A DNA stretch of 48,362 nucleotides from Pseudolabrys sp. (GTDB taxonomy: Bacteria; Pseudomonadota; Alphaproteobacteria; Rhizobiales; Xanthobacteraceae). Positions 10,278-19,128 of the stretch are shown one piece after another. The notes under the pieces are model-generated. The model was given only the letters and a program-made list of their open reading frames with translations. It was not told the DNA's origin and made no database searches. The stretch is from contig JBAUHH010000393.1 of assembly GCA_049680165.1 (NCBI GenBank), forward strand, positions 1-48,362, read 5' to 3'. Both the position numbers and the translations under genes were made by a program. How positions within the stretch are numbered: the stretch's first letter is position 1; each line of letters opens with the position of its first letter.

Positions 10278-10907
10278 TTACCGCCGCATCAATTTCGCGA
10301 AGCGCTCCAGGAACCGCGACTCCGCGGTGCTCGCCGACCAGGGCGTCAGATAGTCGCGATCGAGCGCGAGCGACATTTTCGGCGGCTTGCCGAAGAAGCG
10401 GCGCGCTTCGGCGACCTCGAAACCCGCGAGCTTTGTCGCCTCCAGGAACGCGGCGCCGCGGTCGGCCGTCTTGATCAGGTCCGCGAGCGTCTCCGGCAAC
10501 GTGGCAGGGAGGCCAAAACGCAGATGGATGGCCGCCAGCAGGCGCGCCTCGACCGCCTTGTAGCTGTCGCCGATCACAGCCTTGAACGGCGAGATCATGT
10601 CGCCGATCACGTATTCCGGCGCGTCGTGCAGCAACACCGCGAGCCGCCCGGTGGCATCGAGCCGCGGCACTTTCTGGCGCGCGATCGCCTCCACCAGCAG
10701 CGCGTGCTGCGCGACCGAATAGATATGCAGGCCCTTTGTCTGGCCGTTCCAGCGCGCGACGCGGGCGAGCCCGTGCGCGATGTCCTCCATCTCGACGTCG
10801 AGCGGGGAGGGATCGAGCAGATCGAGCCGCCGTCCCGACAGCATGCGCTGCCAGGCGCGCGCCGCGGCCGCCTTTGCGGATTTCGCTTTCGCAGGCGGCT
10901 TGCTCAT
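10278..10907 (-). CDS. HD-domain hydrolase (YfbR-like 5'-deoxynucleotidase family)
   Basis: RAWQRMLSGRRLDLLDP, IAHGLARVARWNGQT, YSVAQH, LLHDAPEYVIGD; ATGA overlap with tag. Confidence 0.9.
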   Translation of the reverse strand: MSKPPAKAKSAKAAAARAWQRMLSGRRLDLLDPSPLDVEMEDIAHGLARVARWNGQTKGLHIYSVAQHALLVEAIARQKVPRLDATGRLAVLLHDAPEYVIGDMISPFKAVIGDSYKAVEARLLAAIHLRFGLPATLPETLADLIKTADRGAAFLEATKLAGFEVAEARRFFGKPPKMSLALDRDYLTPWSASTAESRFLERFAKLMRR

Positions 10908-11512
10908 CTGCGTCTGGCAAGCTTCACGCATTCCGCGTGGCGGTGGCATTTGACCAGATGGTCGTTGACCATGCCGACCGCCTGCATGAAGGCGTAAACG
11001 ATGGTCGGCCCGACGAACTTGAAGCCGCGGCTTACAAGTTCCTTGGAGATTTTTTTCGACAGCTCGGTTTCCGCCGGCACTTCTTTGGTGGAGCGGAAGC
11101 GGTTCACCTTCGGCTTGCCGTCGAGATAGTCCCACAGAAAATTCGAGAAGCCGGGGCCTTTCTCCATGATCTCGATCCAGCCGCGCGCGGACAATACGGC
11201 ACCTTCGATCTTGGACCGGTTGCGCACGATGCCGGCGTCTTTCATCAGCGACTCGACCTTGCGCTTCGGGTAGCGCGCGATTTTTTCCGGGTCGAAATCG
11301 TTGAAGGCACGGCGGAAATTATCGCGCTTGCGTAAAATCGTGATCCACGACAGCCCGGCCTGGAATCCGTCGAGCACGAGCTTTTCGTACAAAGCGCGGT
11401 CGTCGTATTCCGGCACACCCCATTCTTGGTCGTGATAGGCGACGTAAAGCGGTTCCTGTTTCGGCCACGGGCAGCGATGCAGCTTGTCGGGATGCAGGAC
11501 GGCGTTGCTCAT
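10904..11512 (-). CDS. tag: DNA-3-methyladenine glycosylase I
   Basis: RCPW, YHDQEWGVP, FQAGLSWITIL, GIVRNRSKI, FKFVGPTI..FMQAVGMVNDH..C. Confidence 0.95.
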   Translation of the reverse strand: MSNAVLHPDKLHRCPWPKQEPLYVAYHDQEWGVPEYDDRALYEKLVLDGFQAGLSWITILRKRDNFRRAFNDFDPEKIARYPKRKVESLMKDAGIVRNRSKIEGAVLSARGWIEIMEKGPGFSNFLWDYLDGKPKVNRFRSTKEVPAETELSKKISKELVSRGFKFVGPTIVYAFMQAVGMVNDHLVKCHRHAECVKLARRR

Positions 11513-12399
11513 TCGGCGGCTTTCTTTTCACCCGGCCAGTCGAAGCGCGCCCAGGCCGGTTTCACGGCACGGATGGTTATGCCGCCGGCAACGAGCGGTA
11601 TGTTGGCGGCGAGCGCGTCCTCGACGCGGTCGAGCCGCAGCAGCGCGAGCCCGCGCCCGCCGCCGGCCGAGCCCAGCATGCCGATCGATTTTTCTCCCGC
11701 CATCACCGGCAGACCGGCCATCGGCGTATTGTCGTCATAGACAATTGGCACCACGCGGCTGCGCGCGCTATTGCGGTGCTCGACGCGCGAGACGACTTCC
11801 TGACCGACGTAGCAACCCTTTTCAAAATCCACACCGGCGAGTTGATCCATGTCGGCTTCGTGCGGAAACGTGTCGCCGTAATTGAAATCGGTGCCACCGC
11901 GCGGCACGCCGAGCGCAATGCGATGCGCCTCGTATGCGTCCGCATCGGTGAGCGTTGCGCCGAGATCGTCGGCCGCTTCCTGCGCGAGATGCGACGGCAG
12001 CATCACGCGCGTGCCTAGGCCCACGAGGCGTGGATCGGCATAGCCCAACCCGAACTCGCTGACGGCCGCGCCATCCCACAGCGCCATCACGCCGAGGGCC
12101 TCGGACAGGTCTTCGACCAGCACCTTGGCGCGCAATTTGTAGAAATTGAGTTTTTCGACCAGCGCCGGTGCGAGCGCGCGCGGGCAGTCGAGGAAGAAGC
12201 CGGCGCCGTCGCCGGGCTCGGCCTCCGCGATGATGAAATCGACGATGATCTTGCCCTGCGGGGTCAGCAGCGCGGCAAAGCGCGGCTGGCCGGGCGCCAC
12301 CTTGCCGACGTCGTTGGTGGCCAGCCCGTTGAGAAAGCGCCGGGCGTCCTCGCCGACGACTTTGACCACACCGCGGTCGGGGAGAAGTGCTGCCTGCAT
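11509..12399 (-). CDS. ygfZ: Folate-binding Fe-S repair protein YgfZ
   Basis: KGCYVGQEVVSR signature; LLTPQGK. Confidence 0.93.
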   Translation of the reverse strand: MQAALLPDRGVVKVVGEDARRFLNGLATNDVGKVAPGQPRFAALLTPQGKIIVDFIIAEAEPGDGAGFFLDCPRALAPALVEKLNFYKLRAKVLVEDLSEALGVMALWDGAAVSEFGLGYADPRLVGLGTRVMLPSHLAQEAADDLGATLTDADAYEAHRIALGVPRGGTDFNYGDTFPHEADMDQLAGVDFEKGCYVGQEVVSRVEHRNSARSRVVPIVYDDNTPMAGLPVMAGEKSIGMLGSAGGGRGLALLRLDRVEDALAANIPLVAGGITIRAVKPAWARFDWPGEKKAAE

Positions 12400-12480
12400 A
12401 TGAAGTCTCTTGCCAGAACTTGCGCCGAAACGTAAGCGCTGTTGCGCGAAGCTCAAGTCTCAGTTGAGAACAGCTCGAAT

Positions 12481-13815
12481 ATGGCCGAGACCTACGATCT
12501 GATCCTGAAGGGTGGCACCGTCGTCAACCAAGACGGCGAGGGCCTGGGCGATCTCGGCGTGCGCGGCGGCCGCTTTGCTGCGATCGGCGACCTGTCCCGC
12601 GCCTCGGCCGGCGAGACGATCGACTGCCGTGGGCTGCACCTTTTGCCCGGCGTGATCGACAGCCACGTTCATTTTCGCGAGCCGGGTCTGACCCACAAGG
12701 AAGACCTCGAATCCGGCTCGCTCGGCGCGGTGATGGGCGGCGTTACCGCGGTGTTCGAGATGCCGAATACCGACCCGCTGACGACCACAGCCGAGGCGCT
12801 CGCCGACAAGGTCAAGCGCGCGCATCACCGCATGCATTGCGATTTCGCTTTTTATATCGGCGCCACCCGCGAGAACACCCGCGATCTCGGCGAGCTCGAG
12901 CGCCTGCCCGGCGCCGCCGGCGTCAAGGTGTTCATGGGAGCGTCGACCGGCTCGCTGCTGATCGAGGATGACGAAGGCGTGCGCGCGGTGCTCAAGGCCA
13001 TCAACCGCCGCGCCGCCTTTCACTCCGAGGACGAATACCGGCTGCGTGAGCGCATGAACCTGCGCGTCGAGAACGATCCGCGCTCGCATCCTGTCTGGCG
13101 CGACGCGACCGCCGCGCTGATGAGCACGCAGCGCCTGATCGCGCTCGCGCGCGAGACCGGAAAGCGCGTGCACGTGTTGCACGTCACCACGAAGGAGGAG
13201 GCGGTCTTCCTTGGCCAGCACAAGGACGTTGCCACGGCGGAGGCGACGCCAGCGCATCTCACGCTCGCAGCGCCCGAATGTTATGAGCGGCTCGGCACGC
13301 TTGCGCAGCTTAATCCGCCGGTGCGCGATGCTGAGCACCGCGAAGGTCTTTGGAACGGTATCGCGCAAGGCGTCATCGACAGCATCGGTTCAGACCACTC
13401 GCCGCACACGCGTGAGGAGAAGGCGCATCCCTATCCGAAGACACATTCCGGCATGACCGGCGTGCAGACATTGGTTCCGGTTATGCTCGATCACGTCAAC
13501 GCCGGGCGGCTGTCGCTTGCGCGTTTCGTCGATCTCACCAGCGCCGGTCCGTCGCGGCTATTCGGCATCGCGCGCAAAGGCCGCATCGCGGTCGGCTACG
13601 ACGCCGACGTCACCGTGGTGAATCTCAAACGGCGGGAATCCATCACCGACCAATGGAGCGTTTCGCGCTCCGGCTGGACCCCCTACAACGGTATGGCCGT
13701 CACGGGCTGGCCGGTGGGCACGGTGATTCGCGGGCGCAAGGTCATGTGGGACGGAACTTTGGTCGGCGGCGCCCAAGGCGAACGGGTTCACTTCCTCGAA
13801 ACACTCGCCAGCTAA
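12481..13815 (+). CDS. pyrC: Dihydroorotase (multifunctional complex type)
   Basis: PGVIDSHVHFREPG, EMPNT, NPPVR, GSDHSPH, GYDAD amidohydrolase motifs. Confidence 0.88.
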   Translation: MAETYDLILKGGTVVNQDGEGLGDLGVRGGRFAAIGDLSRASAGETIDCRGLHLLPGVIDSHVHFREPGLTHKEDLESGSLGAVMGGVTAVFEMPNTDPLTTTAEALADKVKRAHHRMHCDFAFYIGATRENTRDLGELERLPGAAGVKVFMGASTGSLLIEDDEGVRAVLKAINRRAAFHSEDEYRLRERMNLRVENDPRSHPVWRDATAALMSTQRLIALARETGKRVHVLHVTTKEEAVFLGQHKDVATAEATPAHLTLAAPECYERLGTLAQLNPPVRDAEHREGLWNGIAQGVIDSIGSDHSPHTREEKAHPYPKTHSGMTGVQTLVPVMLDHVNAGRLSLARFVDLTSAGPSRLFGIARKGRIAVGYDADVTVVNLKRRESITDQWSVSRSGWTPYNGMAVTGWPVGTVIRGRKVMWDGTLVGGAQGERVHFLETLAS

Positions 13816-13996
13816 AATGACATTGCGGGAATTGAGATATTGCCGGTCGTTTATCTCGTTGCGTTGAGTTTTCCCCAGACATTTTTACGTGAAATTCCAT
13901 GTGGATTGAATTCGGCGAAGCGGGGTTTAAGAACGACACGTGGGCGCCTCCTGCGTTCGGCGGCATCAGTGCGCCGACGCGGCAGGCGATGGGGAC

Positions 13997-14740
13997 ATGA
14001 CTGATCTAATTTCGCTCCGCATGGTCGTTATCGCGGCCGGACGGCCGGAGCGCGAGCTATGGCGCCAGGGTGCAGGCCTGGCATCCGTCCCGATCGAATT
14101 TTTCGATTCCAATGTAACCGGTGCGAGCGACGCATTGGGGCGCGGCGGCATCGACATTGTCGTCGTCGACTCCGGCATGCCCGACGACAAGAAGGTCGAG
14201 ATCATCAAATTAGCGCGCGCGTTGCAGCCACCGCCCTTCGTTTTGATGGCGGCGCCGGCGGGCGCGACGCGTCTCGAAGGCACCGACGGCACGGTCGTCC
14301 GGCCGGCGGCGGTCGAGGACGCGCGCAAGCTGGTGGAACGCTGCATCCGGGTGAAGGTTGCGACGCGCGTCCTGATCGTGGACGACTCCGGAACGATGCG
14401 CAGCATCGTGCGAAAGATTCTCTCGGCCAGCCACTTCGCGATGGAAATATTCGAGGCCGAGGAGGGCATCGCCGCGCTCGAGCAACTGCGCACCGGCAAT
14501 TTCGATCTGGTCTTTCTCGATTACAACATGCCGGGACTGAACGGCTTCGAGACGCTGTCGGAGATCAAGCGCGAAAACAACAATGTCGCCGTGGTGATGA
14601 TGACCTCGACCGTAAGCAACGTCATGGGCGATCGCGCGCACGCGGCGGGCGCTCTGGCGTTTCTGAAGAAGCCGTTTTATCCGGCCGACATCGACGCTGT
14701 GTTGCAGCGCTTTTATGGCTTGTACGCGCCGATCAACTAA
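13997..14740 (+). CDS. Response regulator with degenerate plus canonical receiver domains and no output domain
   Basis: C-terminal REC: VLIVDDS..DLVFLDYNMPGLNG..MMT..KPF; N-terminal REC-like DIVVVDSGMPD. Confidence 0.85.
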   Translation: MTDLISLRMVVIAAGRPERELWRQGAGLASVPIEFFDSNVTGASDALGRGGIDIVVVDSGMPDDKKVEIIKLARALQPPPFVLMAAPAGATRLEGTDGTVVRPAAVEDARKLVERCIRVKVATRVLIVDDSGTMRSIVRKILSASHFAMEIFEAEEGIAALEQLRTGNFDLVFLDYNMPGLNGFETLSEIKRENNNVAVVMMTSTVSNVMGDRAHAAGALAFLKKPFYPADIDAVLQRFYGLYAPIN

Positions 14741-14788
14741 GTCCAGCCGATAGTTAAATTTGGAAAGCCACGCGTGATCGCGCGGCTT

Positions 14789-15055
14789 TTATTGGCGATG
14801 CTGTTCGACCGAGAATTCGCCGTTGCGGATGCGGATGCCGAGACCTTCCGCGAAATTCGCCGCGGCTTCCTCGCCATAGGTCGTCACGAATTCCGCGAAG
14901 GCGGCGAACAGGCAGGCTTGCGCCAGGCAATCGCCGTCGATGCCGTCGAGCCGCGCTTCCGCCCAAGCTTCCTGCAAGTAGCCGAGCGCGACGCGCTTCT
15001 GCTCGTTGTCAGGAATTGGATCGCGCGCGTGTGTTGTCCGCCCCACTGTGTCCAT
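14789..15055 (-). CDS. Small conserved alphaproteobacterial hypothetical protein
   Basis: ALGYLQEAWAEARLDGID..YGEEA..RIRNGEFS; start 15055 (ATG) or 15070. Confidence 0.75.
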   Translation of the reverse strand: MDTVGRTTHARDPIPDNEQKRVALGYLQEAWAEARLDGIDGDCLAQACLFAAFAEFVTTYGEEAAANFAEGLGIRIRNGEFSVEQHRQ

Positions 15056-15173
15056 GACCGTCTCAACCAAAGGGCGCCGTCCACAACGCCCACCCCAATC
15101 TCGATGCGGACGTTAGCATGCGGCCGTATTCCTCGAAGCGCGCACTCGGAGAAAGGTTAATAGTGGCGGGGCT

Positions 15174-15554
15174 TTAGTTGGCGTATCGGGCCGTGATTTC
15201 ACGGGCGATCTTGGCGCCCTCGTCGAGATAGCGGCGAATGGCAACGTCGGCCGCGGGCGTGCAGGTGCGATAAGTCTGTTGAAAACCACGGTAACCACGA
15301 TTGAAGCTCGCAACGATCTTTTGCCGCCGGTCGCCGCCGGGAGCTTCGGCGTCGATCAGCGATTGCATTTCATCGCGCCATTTCTGCCCTTCCTTCGAGC
15401 CGCAAACGCCGCGCAAGTAATGCAGCGCTCCCATGATTTCGGCGAGCCGTTGCAGGTCGCCGTCATAGGGCGCGGGCCCGCCTTCGACCGCGCGCGCGGG
15501 TCCGCCGGCGAGGCACGACAGGATGAACGCAAGCGCCATGAAGCGTGTGAACAT
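15174..15554 (-). CDS. TIGR02301 family protein
   Basis: Signal peptide; RLAEIMGALHYLRGVC..WRDEM..SFNRGYRGFQQTYRTCT. Confidence 0.9.
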   Translation of the reverse strand: MFTRFMALAFILSCLAGGPARAVEGGPAPYDGDLQRLAEIMGALHYLRGVCGSKEGQKWRDEMQSLIDAEAPGGDRRQKIVASFNRGYRGFQQTYRTCTPAADVAIRRYLDEGAKIAREITARYAN

Positions 15555-15660
15555 CGGCGTTAAGCTCGATTGTGCGGCAGATATGCTCCCGCGAAATGGC
15601 AATCGCAAGGCAAAGCTGGCCCTGGCGGCGTTGAGGTTAATCCGGTCAAGACCCACGGCA

Positions 15661-16107
15661 TCAGCTCTCCAGGTTCTCGATCTGCTCGAAAGCGGCAGCG
15701 ACGATTTCAGCCAGGCCGTCGGTCGTGCGCAGGCCCGCGAGGTCACGTTGCCTGAGCCAGCGGCCTTCGGCGATCTCCTCGTTCGGCGTGAATTCACCGT
15801 CGATCAATTCGGCGGTAAAGCACAGAATGACGAAATGCCGTTCGACGCGGCCCTCATCGTCGCGCGAGATCACCTCACGGTGTCCGGCAAGCGCGACCGG
15901 CTCGACGATGAGCGCGGTCTCTTCCTCGACTTCGCGCGTCACGGCCTCGAACAATGTTTCGCCGGCTTCGACCGCGCCGCCGGGCAGGGTGTAGAGATTT
16001 TGCGCTGGCTGCCGCGCGCGGCGGATCACCAGCACTTTGCCGTTATGGATGATGGCGGCGCTGACGGCGAGGAAGGGGCGTGTAGGATAAGTTCGGGCGT
16101 CGGCCAC
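15661..16107 (-). CDS. NUDIX hydrolase
   Basis: Nudix box PGGAVEAGETLFEAVTREVEEETAL. Confidence 0.92.
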   Translation of the reverse strand: MADARTYPTRPFLAVSAAIIHNGKVLVIRRARQPAQNLYTLPGGAVEAGETLFEAVTREVEEETALIVEPVALAGHREVISRDDEGRVERHFVILCFTAELIDGEFTPNEEIAEGRWLRQRDLAGLRTTDGLAEIVAAAFEQIENLES

Positions 16108-16111
16108 GGCG

Positions 16112-16633
16112 TCAGCGCTTCAGCAGCGCGTCGATCGTGGCTTGCAACACGTCCGGCTGTACGGCATCGGCGTCCGGATCGCCGTTGATGACCGCGCCAG
16201 CATGCGCGATCAGCGGCTTGAGCGCGCGCGCGGTGCGGTCCGCCAGATTTCGCGATTTCGCAAGCGGCATGTTCAAGCGCATGGCTGCACGTGTGCCTTC
16301 GAGGAGAGCGTTCATCGTGTTGGCGAGCGTATCGAGGTTCTTGCGGACCTCCGGGTCGGCAGCCTCGTAGGCGGCGATGGCGGCGTGCCGGTCCTTGAAC
16401 TTGGATGCGCCGAAGTGCTGGCAATAGCTCATCGGCTTCCAGGCCAGGAAGTCATCGATGCAATCGGGGCAGCTCGAGAACATTTCGAGCAGCATCACGG
16501 CTTCGTTGAAGTGGTTGAGATAGTCAGTGGCGAGCCCGGTCGCCGGATTGATGTTGGTGTCGTCCATGCGAGCGGCGACGTCGGACTCACCCTCCGCCGC
16601 TGGCGCCGTTTTGGCGCGATCCTGGTGTCGCAT
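16112..16633 (-). CDS. Conserved hypothetical protein (NINPxTGLATDYLNHFNE family)
   Basis: NINPATGLATDYLNHFNEAVMLLEM..W.PMSY..HF..S; 4-bp gap to the NUDIX gene; start uncertain. Confidence 0.8.
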   Translation of the reverse strand: MRHQDRAKTAPAAEGESDVAARMDDTNINPATGLATDYLNHFNEAVMLLEMFSSCPDCIDDFLAWKPMSYCQHFGASKFKDRHAAIAAYEAADPEVRKNLDTLANTMNALLEGTRAAMRLNMPLAKSRNLADRTARALKPLIAHAGAVINGDPDADAVQPDVLQATIDALLKR

Positions 16634-16685
16634 GAGGTCTCTGCCGCCGCCCGAAAGCTGCCTGGGTGCAGTGTTATGCGCTATA

Positions 16686-16701
16686 GTTAAGGTGTCATTA
16701 A
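16686..16701 (-). promoter_or_regulatory. CtrA binding box TTAA-N7-TTAAC
   Basis: Minus strand reads TTAA-TGACACC-TTAAC, an exact consensus match, in a divergent intergenic region. Confidence 0.75.
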
Positions 16702-16726
16702 GCACCTGCGAGATTCGGAATAAGGA

Positions 16727-17464
16727 ATGTGCGGACGCTACTCAGTCACCTCGTCGCCGGAGATTTTCCGCACTTTGTTCGGCTATGAGGACCAGCCGAA
16801 TTTCCCGCCGCGCTACAACGTGGCGCCGACCCAACCGATCGCCATCGTCCGTCTCGTCGAAGGCAAGCGGCAATTTGCGCTGGTGCGCTGGGGGCTGCTG
16901 CCGTCCTGGGTAAAAGACCCGAAGACCTTCACGTTGCTGATCAATGCGCGCGGGGAATCGGTCCTCGACAAGCCGGCGTTCCGCAACGCCATGCGGCGCC
17001 GCCGCTGCCTCATTCCGGCCGATGGGTTCTACGAGTGGCAGCAGGCGGGCGACCGCAAGCGGCCGTTTTTCGTGCGGCCGAAGTCGGGCCAGCCGTTCGC
17101 CTTTGCGGGCCTGTGGGAGACCTGGACCGGGCCGAACGGCGAGGAGCTGGAAACGGCGGCGATCATCACCACCACGGCCAACCGGACGCTGACGCCCGTT
17201 CACGGGCGCATGCCGGTGGTGGTGCCGCCGGAGGCATTCGGCATGTGGCTTAATTGCGCGGCGGTCGATGCGCAGACCGCGGCGGCGCTCATCACTGCTG
17301 CGCCGGAGAGTTTTTTCGAGGCGCACGAGATTTCGACCGCGGTCAATCGCGTCGCCAACGACAATCCTAAGCTGATCGAGCGGTCGGCCGGTGAGCCGGA
17401 GCTGGCCCCCGCGCCGCGTCCGGCGCGCGCCAAGAAGGACGAAGGGCAGGCGTCGCTGTTCTAG
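16727..17464 (+). CDS. SOS response-associated peptidase (SRAP; YedK/HMCES family)
   Basis: N-terminal MCGRY; RYNVAPTQ, RWGL, INARGE, GFYEW, HxRMPV. Confidence 0.95.
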   Translation: MCGRYSVTSSPEIFRTLFGYEDQPNFPPRYNVAPTQPIAIVRLVEGKRQFALVRWGLLPSWVKDPKTFTLLINARGESVLDKPAFRNAMRRRRCLIPADGFYEWQQAGDRKRPFFVRPKSGQPFAFAGLWETWTGPNGEELETAAIITTTANRTLTPVHGRMPVVVPPEAFGMWLNCAAVDAQTAAALITAAPESFFEAHEISTAVNRVANDNPKLIERSAGEPELAPAPRPARAKKDEGQASLF

Positions 17465-19122
17465 TGGCCGGTGAGGCGCGTGAGCAGGGCATCGCAATCG
17501 GCGGGCGGCCGGTTGCCGCGCCAGGCGACGTAGTAGTCCGGACGGATAAGGACGAGATCGCGCCCGTAAAGATCGCGCGCATCTGTATCCGGGACGTCAA
17601 GCACTTCGAGTGGAATCCGGTGCTGCGCCGCGGCCGAGGCAATTTCTGTAGCGTCAGGCGCATGCGGGCCGAGCCGCAACAGCGTGAAGCCCGCACCGAG
17701 CCGGTCATAGAGCGAACTGCCGGCCTCGCGCCCGCTGTCGAGCCACAGATGCGGCGCACGACCGCCGGGAACGCCCGTTGGCGTGTAGGTTGTGAGGCTG
17801 TCGGCCGGGGCAGGACCGTCTTCGGCCACGATAGATGAGCCGTCATAGCGCGCGCCGAGCTGCACGCCGATCGAGGCGAACTGCTCGGCGAACGTCGAGA
17901 ACATCACGGCCGCCGCTTTGCGGGCAGCGTCCCCGGCCGCGCCGGACTGCTCGATTGCCGGATCGATGTCGGTGTCACCGATATTGACCGCGAGCATGCG
18001 CGCCGCGTCGGTATTGCGTGCGGCGATGGGCAGTCGCTCGCTTTCGTACGACGATAACAATTCGCCGCCACCCCAACCCTGCATCACGGCGGCAAGTTTC
18101 CAGGCGAGATTGGACGCGTCGTCGATGCCAGTGTTCATGCCGAAGCCGCCGGTCGGCGTGAACAGATGCACCGCGTCGCCGGCAAGCAGCACGCGGCGCT
18201 CGGCAAAACGCTCGGCGACCAGCGCAACGCCGGCGGTCCACGGCTCGTGCGCGATGATCTCGGCGGCGACGGCGGCGCCGGTGCAGCGGCGCAACGCGTC
18301 GGCGACGACGGAATCATCCGGCGGCTGATCCGGCTCGTTCGCGCGCGTGCGCAGCAGGAATTCGTCGCTGCCGTTCACCGAAATGAGCGTGGAGCGGATT
18401 TCGGGGTTGACCGCCCAGTATTGCCACGCGCGGCGTTGTTGCAGGAAATCGCGATAGAGCGCCGGCGCGCGCACGTAAGTCGAAAACGTGCGTCCGCCGA
18501 AATAGCGTTGCTCTAGCCCGGCCTCGCCGGAAAACTCGAAGCTGAGCGCGCGGCGGATCGCGCTGCGGCCACCGTCGCAGCCGATCAGATAACGCGCACG
18601 CCACTCTTCCCGCGGCCCCTCCGGCTCGCGCACTGCGGTCAGGCGAACTTCGTCTGCGTCTTGCTCGAACGCGTCCACGCGCCATCCGAAGCGCATCGTG
18701 ATGTTCGGCCGCGTGCGGATGTGCTCGCACAGAAAACGCTCGACATACATCTGGTTGGCGCGGTGGATCGGCTCCGGCACTTGATCGGTCTTCGGCGAAG
18801 CCGCGACCTGCGCCGCCACGTCATTTGCCGACGGCATGCGCAGACGCGCCAGTTCGATCCCGCCGAAGCGCGTGAAATAAGCGACGTCGGTCGGATGATC
18901 GGCGGGCAGGCCGAGCTTGCGGATCTCGGCCGCAATGCCGAGCCGCCGGAAGTGCTCCATGCTGCGGGCGCCTTCCGTGCTGCCCTTCGGATGCCAACGC
19001 GTCGTTTCCTCGGTGTTGAACAACACCGAGCGCACGCCATGCATGTCGAGGAACAGCGCGAGCATCGTCCCGACCGGACCGCCACCGGCGATGGCGACCG
19101 GTATCCGCGCCGCCTGAGCCAT
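17461..19122 (-). CDS. FAD-dependent monooxygenase (aromatic hydroxylase, FAD_binding_3 type)
   Basis: IAGGGPVG, IGCDGGRS, LAGDAVH..PTGGFGMNTGIDDA.NLAWKL, LIRPD. Confidence 0.9.
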   Translation of the reverse strand: MAQAARIPVAIAGGGPVGTMLALFLDMHGVRSVLFNTEETTRWHPKGSTEGARSMEHFRRLGIAAEIRKLGLPADHPTDVAYFTRFGGIELARLRMPSANDVAAQVAASPKTDQVPEPIHRANQMYVERFLCEHIRTRPNITMRFGWRVDAFEQDADEVRLTAVREPEGPREEWRARYLIGCDGGRSAIRRALSFEFSGEAGLEQRYFGGRTFSTYVRAPALYRDFLQQRRAWQYWAVNPEIRSTLISVNGSDEFLLRTRANEPDQPPDDSVVADALRRCTGAAVAAEIIAHEPWTAGVALVAERFAERRVLLAGDAVHLFTPTGGFGMNTGIDDASNLAWKLAAVMQGWGGGELLSSYESERLPIAARNTDAARMLAVNIGDTDIDPAIEQSGAAGDAARKAAAVMFSTFAEQFASIGVQLGARYDGSSIVAEDGPAPADSLTTYTPTGVPGGRAPHLWLDSGREAGSSLYDRLGAGFTLLRLGPHAPDATEIASAAAQHRIPLEVLDVPDTDARDLYGRDLVLIRPDYYVAWRGNRPPADCDALLTRLTGH

Positions 19123-19128
19123 ATCGGG

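Noticed and set aside
16634..16726. LexA box (GTTC-N7-GTTC) upstream of SRAP
   Set aside because: No match found on either strand
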